This document shows positions 1 through 11,700 of a stretch of 64,000 nucleotides of DNA, piece after piece (within the stretch, counting starts at the first letter, position 1; the number at the start of each line of letters is the position of its first letter). The stretch is taken from assembly GCA_035221665.1 (NCBI GenBank), contig CM069137.1, positions 18,910,001 through 18,974,000 of the forward strand, written 5' to 3'. The position numbers and the translations under genes are program-made. The DNA comes from Okamejei kenojei (lineage: Eukaryota). The notes beneath the pieces are model-generated. The model was not told the origin of the DNA and searched no databases. It saw only the letters and a list, made by a program, of their open reading frames with translations.

Positions 1-62
1 GGAGAACACGCGGTGTCTATGGGGACGCCGGAGGCCCTCTAGGGAACGCTGGCCACCACAAG
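1..62 (+). mobile_element. Probable Tx1/L1-type LINE ORF2 C-terminal remnant
   Basis: Translates (one frameshift) as EHAVSMGTPEA-x-RERWPPQ, resembling the ORF2 C-terminus of Tx1-like elements; very short. Confidence 0.35.
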
Positions 63-142
63 AGGTCGAGAGCTCTTTTGATAAAGTTGTCGATGCATCA
101 ACTCCATGATTGCCTGCCTGCAAACTCAACATAGGCAGTCCC

Positions 143-726
143 AGGGTACACAAAAGGCTGGAGAAACTCAGCGGGTGCAGCAGCATCTAAGGAGCGAAGG
201 AGATAGGCGACGTTTCGGGTCGAGACCCTTCTTCAGACTGGTCAGGGATCAGGGAAACGAGAGATATAGACGGTGATGTGGAGAGATAAAGAACAATGAA
301 TGAAAGATATGCAAAAAAGTATCGATGATAAAGGGAACAAGCCATTGTAAGCTGTTTGTGGTGTGAAAATGAGAAGCTAGTGCGACTAGGGTGGGGGAGG
401 GAGATAGAGAGAGAGGGAATGCCAGGGCCCGAGGGCTGAGGGAGAGGTGGGAAGGGGAGGAGACAGCAAGGGTTAACAGAATTGAGAAAATTCAATGTTC
501 AAGCCCAAAGATGCAGACTCCCCAAGCGGAATATGAGGTGCTGTTCCTCCAACTTGCGGTGTTGCTCACTCTGGCCGTGGAGGAGGCCCAGGACCGAGAG
601 GTCGGATACGGAATGGGAGGGGGAGTTGAAGTGCTGAGCCACCGGGAAGTCGGCTTGGTTATTGCGGACCGAGCGGAGGTGTTCGGCGAAACGATCGCCA
701 AGCCTCCGCTTGGTCTCACCGACCGA
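143..726 (-). mobile_element. 5'-truncated Penelope-like element (GIY-YIG endonuclease C-terminus, 3' UTR, pLTR)
   Basis: ORF 499..759 has GETKRRLGDRFAEHLRSV...VAQHFN...RKLEEQHLIFRLG (PLE GIY-YIG). 12-bp TSD ATAGGCAGTCCC at 131-142 and 727-738. Near-identical to 35547-36123. Confidence 0.92.
209..236 (-). ncRNA. Minimal type-I hammerhead ribozyme core in PLE pLTR
   Basis: Minus strand reads CUGAAGA-A-GGGU(CUCG)ACCC-GAAA-CG-UC: conserved core, 4-bp stem II, palindromic ACGU in place of stem III. Stem I is weak. Confidence 0.65.
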
Positions 727-738
727 ATAGGCAGTCCC

Positions 739-1598
739 TGATTGTGTCAATACTCGCACTCGGCCGGCCGTCCGCAGCGCAGCGCAGTGCAGCGTGCCAC
801 ACCTCCCCCTCCCTTCCCCCCTCTCCCCTCCACCCCCTCCTCCCTCTCCCCCCCTTCACCCCTCTCTCCCCCTCTCTCCCCTCTCTCCCCTCCACCCCTC
901 TGCCCTCCCTCCACCTCACCCCTAACTGCTCCCCCTCCACATCCACCTCCCTCCCCCTCCCATTCCCCCTCCTCCCCTCCCCTCCTCCTCCCTTTGCCCC
1001 CTCTCCCCCCACTACCCCCTCTCCCCTCCCCTCCCCCCCTCCCCACTCTTCGTCCCTCCTCTCTCACCCCCTCCCCCTCTCTCCCCACCTCTCTCTCCCC
1101 CTCCTCTCCCACACTCCCCCTCTCTCTCCTCTCTCCCCCTCCCCCTCCCTCCCCCTCCCTCCCCCTCCCTCCCCCTCCCTCCCCCTCCTCTCTCTCCCCT
1201 CCTCTCCCACACTCCCCCTCTCTCTCTCTCCTCTCTCCCACTCCTCTCTCTCCCCCCTCTCCCCCACAACCCTACCCTCTCCCCTCTCCCCTCCCCCCTC
1301 CACCTCCACCTCCATCCCCCTCCCCCACTCCTCCCTCTCTCCCCCTCCTCTCTCCCCCTCTGCCCCCCGCTCTCCCCCCTCCATCACTCCCTCCCCCTCT
1401 CCTCTCCCCCCTTCCCCTCCACCTCCCCCCCCCCCTCCCTTTCCCCCCTCGATCCTCCTCTCACCCCCCTCCACCCCCTCTGTGTGTGCGGGGTGGTTAG
1501 TGTGTGTGTGTGAGACGCTGCAGCCCCCCCCCCCCCCCCCCCGCCCCCTTAACCGCGCGTTGAGGGGGACGAGACCCAATGGGTCCCCCTTGGTCTAG
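739..1598 (+). mobile_element. Helitron-like non-autonomous element, 3' part
   Basis: Ends with subterminal hairpin GACCC-AAT-GGGTC (1573-1585), then CTAG (1595-1598) and T, the canonical Helitron 3' end. 5' end not identified. Confidence 0.45.
800..1480. repeat. ~680-bp C/T-rich (G/A-rich on minus) low-complexity tract
   Basis: Almost pure CCCT/CTC runs; accounts for the Pro-rich and Gly/Glu/Arg-rich pseudo-ORFs. Confidence 0.95.
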
Positions 1599-2440
1599 TA
1601 TTAATTAAAAATGAATACAATGGTGTTTCATATCCAGTAAAATGATGCTAAATGCATTCCCTTGTCTGCCCTGTTAGCAACAAATAGGGCAAAATGGATT
1701 TTGCCATCGGCATGATTATACTTAAATGCAAACTATGTACAAGCTTCAGCACAGAAGCATACCAATTGTTCCATGAGCTGCATTAGACAACTGTATTTGC
1801 ATTCATTCACAGGGGGTGAGTATTGGAAAGGTTAAAGTTATTGTCCGTGAACTCTTTGACTTGCTCAGATCTGTAAGAGCACAGTTTAACAAACATACTT
1901 TCTGGGTCTGCTTACAGAGGGCAGGAAAGGCCAGTAGATTTCCTTCATTGAGGCCTTTGGAAAACAATTTAGGATTTAAAAACAATCAAGCAATTATTTG
2001 GTAAGAAGCATATCATCAGTAATAGCAGCGAGCAAATGGCTGAGTTATTAAATTTAAGCTCCTCAGTAGTCACGGTAGGAGTTGAAGTAATTCATCACAG
2101 TCTCTGTGCTACCAGGCCAGTAATTTAACTATGACCCACCCCCTGCCTCTCATAGCTCACCCTATGAGCAGCAACTTGATGGGATTATTTGAAGAGGTAA
2201 CAATGAGGGTAGTGAGGTTGATGAAGTCAACATTGACGTCTTTAAGGCCTTAGCCATGGGAGATATGTCCAAAAGAATGGAGCCCATGGGATCCGTGGCA
2301 AGGCGGTAGATTGGATTTAAAGCTAGCTTGGTAATCAGAGATAGAGGGAGTGTTGTCCTTGTGATGAGATGCCTCTGTTGTATCACAGGGATCCATGTTG
2401 CAATCTTTAATATTTATTACATACGTTATGATTTAATGAA

Positions 2441-2666
2441 GATTGACACAAAATGCTGGAATAACTCAGCAGGACAGGCAGCATCTCTGGGTAGAAAGAA
2501 TGGGTGACGTTTTAGGTTGAGATCCTTCTTCAGATCTGAAGAAGGGTCTCGACCCGAAAGGCCACCCATTCCTTCTATCCAGAGATGCTGCCAATCCCAC
2601 TGAGTTATTCCAGCATTTTGTGTCTATTCTCGGTTTAAACCAGCATCTGCAGTTCCTTCCTACCAC
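2441..2666 (+). mobile_element. Fold-back (head-to-head) PLE pLTR-derived element with hammerhead core
   Basis: ~90-bp inverted arms centred on TTCTTCAGATCTGAAGAA; CTGAAGA..GACCCGAAA from 2536; tail CCAGCATCTGCAGTTCCTTCC; 13-bp TSD ATGATTTAATGAA at 2428-2440 and 2667-2679. Confidence 0.88.
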
Positions 2667-2679
2667 ATGATTTAATGAA

Positions 2680-3700
2680 TATTGGAGGAATGGTTGGCAA
2701 GTTTGCAGATGAAGTTAAAATGATGTTGTTGGTGGTGAGGAAAATAGTCATAGGGTACAAGAAGATGTTGATCAGTTGGTAAAACGGGCAGAGCAATGGC
2801 AGATGAAGCCTGATAATTACAAGGCAATGCTCTTTAGGAGAACTAGTAAAGGGAGAACAAACGCTATGAATAGTAGGCCACTGGGAAACAGATGGACCCG
2901 GTGTGTAGGAAGGAACTGCAGATGCTGGCTGATACCAAAGGTAGAAACAAAATGCCGGAGCAAACTCAGCAGGTCAGGCAGCATCTCTAGCGAAAAGGAA
3001 TAAGTGACCTTTCGGGTCAGAACTCTTCTTCAGATCAGGTCAATCTTGAGTATGAAGATGGACCCAGTGTGCAAGTCCTGAAGATGGCAGCAAAGACGGT
3101 CAGATAAGGTGTCACAAAAGACATACTGAAACCTTGCCTTCATTCGCCAGGGAATAGGATGTAGGAGCAGAGAGGTCATAGTACAAGTTTCTAAAACATT
3201 GGCTAAACATAGCTGGAGTACTGTGCACAGTGCTGATCACCACTCAATAGGATGGATGTGATTGCACTGGGCAAGGTGCAGAGGAGGTTCACCGAAATGT
3301 TGAGATTCATATTCAGATTCAGACTTCGATCCGATTATTGTCATATACACCAATGAAATTCCTTGATCACATGACTGATGGCTGGGAGGAAGCATTTAAC
3401 CAATGAAAATAAACCAGATAGGCCAGGTTTATTTTCCATGGAGTGGAGGAGTCTGATGGGATCATGATAAAAGGCATACAATAGAATGAGGGGCATAGAT
3501 AGGGTAAATAATCCCATTGCAGAGGTATCTAAACTGAGCAGATATGGACTTAAGAGTTAGAGGGGATGTAAGGAAGAACATTTTCATCCAAAAGGTTGTT
3601 GGAATTGGAATCCCCTGTCTGAGGGATGTGTGGAGGCAGTGATTTTCATAACATTTCAGAAATATCTAAATAACCACTTGCATTGCCGGGATAGAGAATA
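2680..3700 (+). mobile_element. Old degenerate CR1 LINE RT/3' region, interrupted by a pLTR-derived element
   Basis: Degenerate KFADD (AAGTTTGCAGATGAA), WQMK, LEYCAQ and VQRRFT motifs. Insert at ~2906-3055 flanked by AGATGGACCC(G/A)GTGTG at 2890-2905 and 3056-3071. Confidence 0.75.
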
Positions 3701-3714
3701 AGTGCTGGAAAATC

Positions 3715-3968
3715 TAATAGGAATCTGAGGAGTAACCTTTTGCACACAGAGGGTGGTGGGTGTATGGAACAAGCTGCCAGAGGAGGTAGTTGAGGCTGGG
3801 ACTATCCCAAAGTTTAAGAAATAGTTGGACAGGTACATGGATAGGACTGGCTTGGAGGGATATGGAACAAACACGGAAAAGTGAGACCAATGCAGTTGGG
3901 ATATGTTGGCCGGTGTGGGCAAGTTGGGCCAAAGGGCCTGTTTCCGCACTGTATCACTCTATGATTCT
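3715..3968 (+). mobile_element. CR1 LINE 3' end (family B)
   Basis: TQRVVGVWNKLPEEVVEAG-type end and 3' UTR GGGCCAAAGGGCCTGTTTCC; homologous to 22820-22990 and 59030-59530. Confidence 0.8.
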
Positions 3969-4321
3969 AATACATTGTAAAGGCCCTCAATGTTTGGCAA
4001 GGACATTTTTTTGTTGTCATTTATGTTAGCTATGAGTATTGTGTTTACAGACCTGTTATGTTGCTGCAAGTAAGAATGTTATTGTTCTGTTTTTCAGTAC
4101 ATATGACAACTAATCACTCTTGCCTCTCTCTTGAATCTTGGTAGACTCCTTCCTATTGTTCCCTATGTCAACTGACTTGTCGTCAATTTATGACTCATTC
4201 AAAAATCAAACCCTGCAAATGTTGGAAAGCTGAAAGAAAAACAGAGGATGCTGGAAACTGTGGAACGACCATTAAAGTGAAATGCTAGCATTATTTCTCT
4301 CTCAGATGCCGTCTGATCTGC

Positions 4322-4550
4322 GGAGTCTGTGGAATTCTCTGCCTCAGAGGGCGGTGGATGACGGTTCTCCGAATACTTTCAAGAGAGAGCTAGATAGGGC
4401 TCTTAAAGATAGCGGAGACAGGGGATATGGGGAGAAGGCAGGAACGGGGAACAGATTGGGGATGATCAGCCATGATCACATTGAATGGTGATGCTGGCTC
4501 GAAGGGCCAAATGGCCTACTCCTGCACCTATTGTTTATAGTCTATTGTCT
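4322..4550 (+). mobile_element. CR1 LINE 3' end (family A)
   Basis: LWNSLPQRAV..FKRELDRAL plus 3' UTR GGCTCGAAGGGCCAAATGGCCTACTCCTGCACC. Confidence 0.8.
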
Positions 4551-5219
4551 ATTGTCTTTTGCCAACATTTTCTCATTTTCTTTCTGCATGAGACATATAG
4601 ACAGGTACATGGATAGGACAGAGGGATGTGGGCCAATCGTAGGCAGGTGGGATGGGACATGTTGGCCAGTGTGGGCATGTTGGGCCAAAAGGCCTGTTTC
4701 CATCCTGTGTTAATCTATGACTCGATGAGAACATATGCTAACATATGCTAGTCAGTATGGCTTTGTCCAGGGAAGTTCATGTCTTACCAACTTGACTGAA
4801 CTTTTTGAGGAGTTGATCGATGAGTGTAGAGTAGTGGATATTGTCTACATAGATGTTAGTAAAGCATTTGAAAATGTTCCTCATGGTAGGCTGATCCAGA
4901 AAATTAAGATATAAGATGATGTGCAGGGCAATTATTTTACACAGAGGGGGTGGGTGCTTGGAACGTGCTGCCAAGAGTGCTGAGGTAGATAAGATAGTGG
5001 CATGTAAGAGGCACATAGATATGTAGGGTATAGAGGGATATGCATCATGTGCAGGCAGAGGAGATTACTTTAACCTGGCATCTTGCTCAGCCGAAGGGCC
5101 TGTTTCTGTATTGTACTGTTCTATGTTTCCTCTCTGGTTCTCATCAGTTAGCTAGTGCTCTATCGATGCTAAAATATTACCTCAATGCCACGAGCTCATA
5201 ACCTACACCTTATCCTTTC

Positions 5220-5712
5220 ATGTGTTGGCAGAAACTGCAGATGCTGGTTTACACCGAAGATAGACACAAAATGTTGGAGTAACCCAGTGGGACAGACAGC
5301 ATCTCTGGAGAGAAGGAAAGGGTGACGTATTGGGTCGGCATCTTTCTTCAGACTGGGAGTCAGGGGAGAAGGAGACTGGAGATATGGAAGGGTAAGATGT
5401 GAAAACAACAGATCAAAGCAGACAAAGTTCAAGGAAATGTAGAATGGTTCATTGTTAGGTGAGGGGAAGGTGACATGGAGGCACATGTTGTATCTTCCTG
5501 AAAACAGTTTTGCATAACTAAATACACTAATTCTACATTTATTTCTACATTTATTACAATACATACATTACATTACAATACTACATTAAACTCCACCCAC
5601 CCACCTGACAGCAATCTGAAGAAGGGTCTCGACCTGAAACGTCACCCATTCCTTCTCTCCAGAGATGCTGCCTGTCCCGCTGAGTTACTACATCATTTTG
5701 TGTCCATCTTTA
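5220..5712. mobile_element. Inverted pair of PLE 3'/pLTR fragments (minus 5220-5475, plus 5613-5712)
   Basis: Both arms share the pLTR unit; near-intact hammerhead core CTGAAGAAGGGTCTCGACCTGAAACGTC at 5616-5643. Confidence 0.8.
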
Positions 5713-6263
5713 ATTCTATTAGTTCATCCATATCTAGCCAGTGTATTACATGTCTTCAAATAACTCCAATAAGTTTATTATACATAATGCCACTTATAAA
5801 ACTGCATTATACTGTCTGATTGTAATATGATTTTCTAAACATCCTTATTAATGGATTCCAGCATTGTCGACATGACAGATTTTTGGTTAATGTTGAAAAT
5901 GGGCGCAAACACTTCAGATGAAAAGAAGTTTGTTTTTAGTGTGCAGCTTGTGGACGAAAAACATGCAGATGAGTTTAATTTCTTGGCATGTGTTAAGCAT
6001 GGTACTAAAGATGAAATTATAATACCATAATTCTGCACACTAAATTCACATCTGAAAGAGATTCTGAATATATAACGTCTGCCCATTTGCTCCTTCTGCC
6101 CATATTTGTTTAGAACATTTTTTCAATTGAACTAATCTTACTGTAGAAAATGAAAGCATTCAGAATAATGATATGTAATAATAAATAGAACAGAAATGAT
6201 GGCATGCAATAATAATGAAAATAACATAAATTGGTGGAAATTATTCCAAGGGACTATAATAAG

Positions 6264-6743
6264 TGCTGTATTATTTTTATTTTCAAAATGAAGGAAGGCT
6301 TCACTCCATTGAAAACTGGACATATGCTGATTAATGTGTTTGCAAAATATTTTGTAATACTGCATATTACATGCTCTTTACATGTTCTTTGATGCTGTAA
6401 CCCTGTGTTTAACTGCTGCTTGACTATTAAAATCATATTGACCCATGTGAAGTCACCTTCACTGGTAGCATCCAGTTCTCCTTTAGGGTGTGTACATTAC
6501 CAGTACATTTGGATTCTGAGAAATGTTTTGCATTAAGGCACGGCACAATATTACAGTGCAAAGAAACCAATTATTATTTTTTTTCTCATTCATACTTCAG
6601 TGCAAAGGAATTCAGTTTTGCAAAGAGCATGCTAGCTGCAGTATTGGAAAATATTCTGCAAACACACATTAATCAGCACATGTCCAGTTTTTCTTTCAGT
6701 GGGGGGAAGCTTTCCTACTTATATTAAATCAAAATAGAGAAGC
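6264..6743. repeat. Diverged ~120-bp inverted repeat with ~236-bp spacer
   Basis: 6264-6382 is the reverse complement of 6619-6743 (shared AAAGAGCATG..TGCAGTATT..AAAATATT.TGCAAACAC..ATTAATCAGCA.ATGTCCAGTTTT); opposite-strand ORFs both contain HINQHMSSF. Confidence 0.85.
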
Positions 6744-7092
6744 AGGCATGACCAAACTTCTCCCATTTTAATGTCCATCCAATTACGTGGCCATTTGTCA
6801 ATTCTTGGACACATTTCTCAGACCTTTTCTTATTTTATGTTTTCTTCTGGACCAACTGGTTTCACATTTTCCGCAAATAATTCACGGGTATTGCGTAAAT
6901 CACCATTCACCTTGCAAAGGTCTTTCCTTTGAAGTGTGGAATGCAACATGACCAGGTATTAATCTGACATTGGAGCAGGTGATATTATTGCCATTGATAC
7001 TGATAAAAGATCCAAATTACATGGTGAGCTAGCTCAGGAATTATGTTGTTAGAAGTGAAGTTTTTGCTTGTGGGAAAAATGCTATGATTATG

Positions 7093-7207
7093 TGTAAGAG
7101 CAACTGCAGATGCTGGTTTAAACCGAAGGTAGACACAAAAAGCTGGAGTAACTCAGCAGGACAGGCAGCAGCTCTGGAGAGAAGGATGCTGCCTGTCCCG
7201 CTGAGTT
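7093..7207 (-). mobile_element. Collapsed fold-back pLTR-derived element lacking the ribozyme core
   Basis: pLTR tail, arm and short inverted arm; 15-bp TSD AATGCTATGATTATG at 7078-7092 and 7208-7222. Confidence 0.85.
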
Positions 7208-7565
7208 AATGCTATGATTATGACAGCTTAAATTGAACTCTGCAAAGACTGTCCACAATCATTAAGGTGAGTGGGGAGTGATGGAATACTTTCCACTTAT
7301 CTAGATGAGAGCAGTGCCAATAGTATGCAAGAAGAATAAAACAGTATAAATCAGTTTGCATAACTGGCATCCTATCCGCTGCCCATCCATCCACTCTATC
7401 ACTGCACACAATGGTTGCAGTGTGTACCATTTACAAAATCCATTGCAATTATTTGCCCAGACTACACCTACTGTACCTCCCAGACCTGCAACCAATACTA
7501 CCAGGAAAGCATTGTAACACCATCACTACCAAAACCGCTCTTCCAGACACCAACATCCTTACATA

Positions 7566-7935
7566 GATAAATAATAAATAAATAATAACTTTATTACGGA
7601 CTAAAAATGCCATCTCAGATATCATAAATATACATAAAATCAAGGTAAAACAAAAAACATCATAAGAGTAAAAAAAAGATCAATGTCGTACAACGAGACA
7701 ACGATACCAGTGTCTCCACAACTGGGATTCGTAGCGTGTAGTGCTAACCCTTATGTTTGTCAAGGCCATAATAAGCACATTTTTAGAGTCATTTATCCTG
7801 CAAATGAATTTATACATGTGGTGTCTTAGGATAGCTTCTAGAGTACTGACTCCTGCAGCCACAAACATATTACTGGCACTACACCATCTTGGTTGCCTTA
7901 GCAGTGTTCTCAAACATATTAGTATAGTTTATTGT
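7566..7935 (-). mobile_element. 3' end of a non-LTR retrotransposon (clade uncertain, RTEX/L2-group-like)
   Basis: ORF 7680..7913 (LLRQPRWCSASNMFV..LRHHMYKFICR) resembles a LINE ORF2 C-terminus; followed on minus by AATAAA and a (TTA/TTTA)n tail. Confidence 0.6.
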
Positions 7936-9714
7936 GACTGAGTCAAAATCCTGGAACCTCTTCAGTAGCACAGTGAGACTGTATTCAAAATAAGTGTGGA
8001 ATGGTTCAACAGCCTCACCACTTACACCATGTATTACCATATCGCATGAAAAAACACACAAAGAGACAATGGTGATTCAAGAAACTGCAAACGTTCCCAA
8101 TTCGAAACATTATCAGCCCTTTTCCCTCCACAGATGCTGTCTGACCAGCTGAGTTACTCCAGCACTTCGTGTTTTTCTCTAGAAGGGTCAAAATTAGACA
8201 GCACTGGATAATTATGCGATATTTTCTAGATAAACTAACTAGTTTAAGATATCCTATTAGGGAGGAAACTTGCCATGTTAAACTCCAGTGCTTTATATAA
8301 TAGATCATCATCATTGCAATTTTACATGAGTAGTATTAGCAATCTGCTAGATTTCAAGATACATCATAATCTGATGTAAGGTAAAAACTGAACAGATTCA
8401 AATCAACATTTTTGTCATCAAATTATTTGACAGTGAGGATGGTTCAACGTATTGGTCTCACTAACAAGGTTTAAGATAAGAGGAAAGAGTTTTAAAAGAG
8501 ATTTGAGCGGAATGTTTTTTTAATATGGAAATTGATTTGAATGTGCTGCCAGAGGAAGTTGTAGAATTAAGTACAATCACTATGTTTAAGAAGCATTTAG
8601 ATAGATATTTGAATAGGCTAGGCATAGAAGGAGACAATCCTAATGCAGCCAATTAGGAATAGTGTAGATGGGCAAAAAGGGCCAGCGTGGATGTGGTGGG
8701 CCAAAAGGCCTGTTTCTGTCCTGCACAACTCTATGACAAGACTTAAGCAGGTGGGTAACAAAAGAGGGAATGTGGCCGGTACGAGTAAATTTTGCAGAGG
8801 AGGGAAAAATGACCATAGTCCTGACGTTGACTGGGGGAAGTATAGAATTGATCAGAGAAGGTATCAGTGGATCTATTCAATGGAATCAGAAACTATAACA
8901 GAGATGAAGAAAAATATTGAAAATAGAACAAAAATGTTGATATAGGTGAGCTAAATGCAATGGAAAACATAGTGATCAGAATGCAACGTATTAAGATAGG
9001 ATTAGGAATTCCTTGAAGAATGGTTAAAATGAAGTTAAAAGTATTTTAGTTGTAGCACCTTTCCTGCCTTGAGCAAGCCAAAATGCACCTATGCCATTGA
9101 TGAACATTTGAAAGATATTCACTGTTGCTCGATAGGAAGCATAACAGCCAAATTTATACACCAGGAACTTTCAATTGTGTGACCAGGCAATATATATTAG
9201 CAATGTTACGCGCCATTCAGATGTCCAGTATTACCCAATGACTCCAATGGCTGAATGAAAGAAACACTTACAATAATTCAGCAGTCGTTCATCACAGGAG
9301 AAAGCGAATAGGGGTCTAACAAAAATGTAAATGAGGGAAGAAATTCGCAACTTGTATCTGTTAAATATTGCAAAGCTGTCTATTTCAGCGTAATGTAATC
9401 TTCCTTGATTGGCAGCCCATTTCAGTTCATAAATAAGGAGGCAAAGACATCAGGGGAGAATATCTGTCTGGATAAGTACAGTCAATATATTCTTATAAAT
9501 GTTACCACAATTGAAACAGAGGAATCATTCCTGCCAGTGGCTTTGTTCCAAAGGGAAAATAATGAATTCATTGTGTCTGACAAATAGCATATCAGTGACT
9601 TATCGGATTTAAGACTAAATATGTATATTGATATCCGGTGGTTGCTTAGAAACATTCTGCGGCTGAAATTCCAACCATGTTTCGGAATAACACTTGTATC
9701 TTTACAACTGCAAA

Positions 9715-9815
9715 GCTATGGCCAAAAAAACACACCAACATTTCTACTTCTGCGGGAGACTGAGGAAATTCGGGATGTCTCCAACGACACTTACCAACCT
9801 CTACGGATGCACCAT
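9715..9815 (+). mobile_element. Old Rex1/Babar-type fragment
   Basis: KKTHQHFYFCGRLRKFGMSPTTLTNLYGCT matches the QQHLYFLRRL..NLYRCT segment of the Rex1 copy at 21168-21785. Confidence 0.6.
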
Positions 9816-10821
9816 GATAAACAAACAATTGGGTTACATCACAGCATTTTTGGAACAGCTCTGCCCAATAATGCAAGAAATTCCAGAGCGTTGTGGAGTT
9901 CCAGAAGTCCAGAAGAAGTTCCAGAGGTTGAATAGGTTCCCATTCGTCCTCCAGATTAGCGCCACTTTAACGTGTTGCACCTTTTCTTATATCAGTCTTC
10001 ACTGATTTTAGATCCATTGTGGGCCCACTGTTAATGTTCAGGACTTGCATGCCATCATCAAACAAACAGAAGACATCCTGCATGCAGTCACATTTGAGAA
10101 GGATGCTCCATAGTCCCTCTTGATTGTCATAGTTAAAGACTTTAGTAAAGTTGAAAATGATTAAGTATAATTGTTGATGCTGTTGCCTGAATTTCTCTTG
10201 GAGTTCTCAGTGACAACCAGGTCCAATGCACCTCTGGATGGGCGGAATCAACACTGAGATTCAATGAGTAGATAATTGTCCATGAGGAGAAAATGGTTGA
10301 GGAGGATCGAGATCATAACTGTCCCTGTGGCGGAAAACATGGACACCTCTTTGCAGTTACATTAATTAGATTCTTCTTCATTTCCTGAAGATGGCCATGA
10401 TTACTGCATCTGAAAGGTTCCCTGGCAGGTCCACTTTTACCAACATGGGAATTGATCCTGTGAATGTGTATTTGAAGTTCCTTATCATTACATTTTATTT
10501 ATGCCTACAATATCCTGTTGTGCTGACACAAAGCAAGAATTTCATTGTCCTATCTGGGACACATTGACAATAAACTCTCTTGAACTTGAACTCAAACTCA
10601 ACTACCTGTTACTGAATCTTGTTCCTTTTAGATGGTCCATGGCCTTTTCAACTTCTTGTCAGCCCTGGGTGATGGCAAGGTAGGGGTTGCTAATTTGCTG
10701 TGGGATGAAGTCCAGGGCATTCACATTAAGGACTGAGTTGCAGTTGAGGAGATGTTTGGTCTACCTTCCTGCAGTTATTAAATGACTTTTCTGTTCTTCT
10801 GTTTACTTCCCTTATTGTTTC

Positions 10822-11700
10822 GTTTTAGTTTGGTTTAGTTTAGCGATAGAGCGCGGAAACAGGCCCTTCGGCCCACCAAGTCCACATCGACCAGCGATCC
10901 CTGCACACTAGCACGATCCTATACACACAAGGGACATTTTACTATTTTACCAAGCCAATTAACCGACAAGCCTGCACATCTTTGGTGTGTGGGAGGAAAC
11001 CGAAGATCTTGGAGAAAATTCACTCGGGTCACAGGGAGAGCGTACAAACTCCATACAGACAGCCCCCATAGTCCGGATCGAACCTGGGTGTGATGTTTGA
11101 CGCAGCGCCTCCTGCTGCATGGGAGGAGCAACGGGTCCTCCCACCCCACACAGTCCACCAGACATCACAAGAAGGACAATGCCGACGGCATGATGACCAA
11201 TTAAGAAACCGCATTCCTCCAGCGATGACTGCACGGAACCTGACCAGAACCAAGCAGTCGGACTGCCCGGTGCAGATACTTGAGTGCCTGACTTTGACGA
11301 GGTTCTGCCAGATAAACTCCCCGCTGATCTGCCTGTGGTCCTTCATCGATCGACACGTTGCAATCGTGGAATTCCCCCAAGGCGACTCATTCAGGAATAG
11401 TGACGTTCAAACTGGAAAGGGGGAGTGTGATGTTTGGTGGACTGTGTGGGGTGTGAGGACCCGTTTCTTATCCCGTGCAGCAGGTGGTGCTGCACAGGAC
11501 AAAGGCAGATGTTGTGTACATAGTTTTTTCCTGTCTGCAGTCATCTTGAGTAGTCTTGCTGCCAGCATTGGGTAAAGCATTAAAGACTTCCGTTTTAAAT
11601 TGAGGTCTCTCAAGTTGTGTGCAGACATCGAAAAATAACACAAAACTGGGTTTCTAGAGCTGTAAGGCAACAACTCTACTGCTACGCCACAATGTTGCCC
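10822..11700 (-). mobile_element. tRNA-derived SINE (HE1/V-SINE-like), split by an LTR-element remnant
   Basis: (TTTAG)n tail, CR1-like 3' part and central domain shared with other SINEs here; tRNA head resumes at 11646-11700. Confidence 0.8.
11089..11645 (+). mobile_element. Internally deleted and rearranged Gypsy-like LTR retrotransposon remnant
   Basis: 5-bp TSD CTGGG (11084-11088, 11646-11650); starts TGTGATGTTTG; pol C-terminal-type LHRSTRCNRGIPPRRLIQE* ends at 11400; PPT GGAAAGGGGGAG 11414-11425; 3' LTR 11426-11645 with ATTAAA. Confidence 0.8.

Noticed and set aside
716-1598. Long Pro-rich and Gly/Glu/Arg-rich ORFs (up to 284 aa)
   Set aside because: Artefacts of a stop-free C/T low-complexity tract.
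2441-2666. Hairpin elements as classical MITEs or pre-miRNAs
   Set aside because: Variable 13-16 bp TSDs, asymmetric tail and identity to PLE pLTRs point to retrotransposition.
4981-5002. TGAGGTAG let-7-like seed
   Set aside because: Lies in a degenerate CR1 3' end; the rest does not match let-7 and there is no hairpin.
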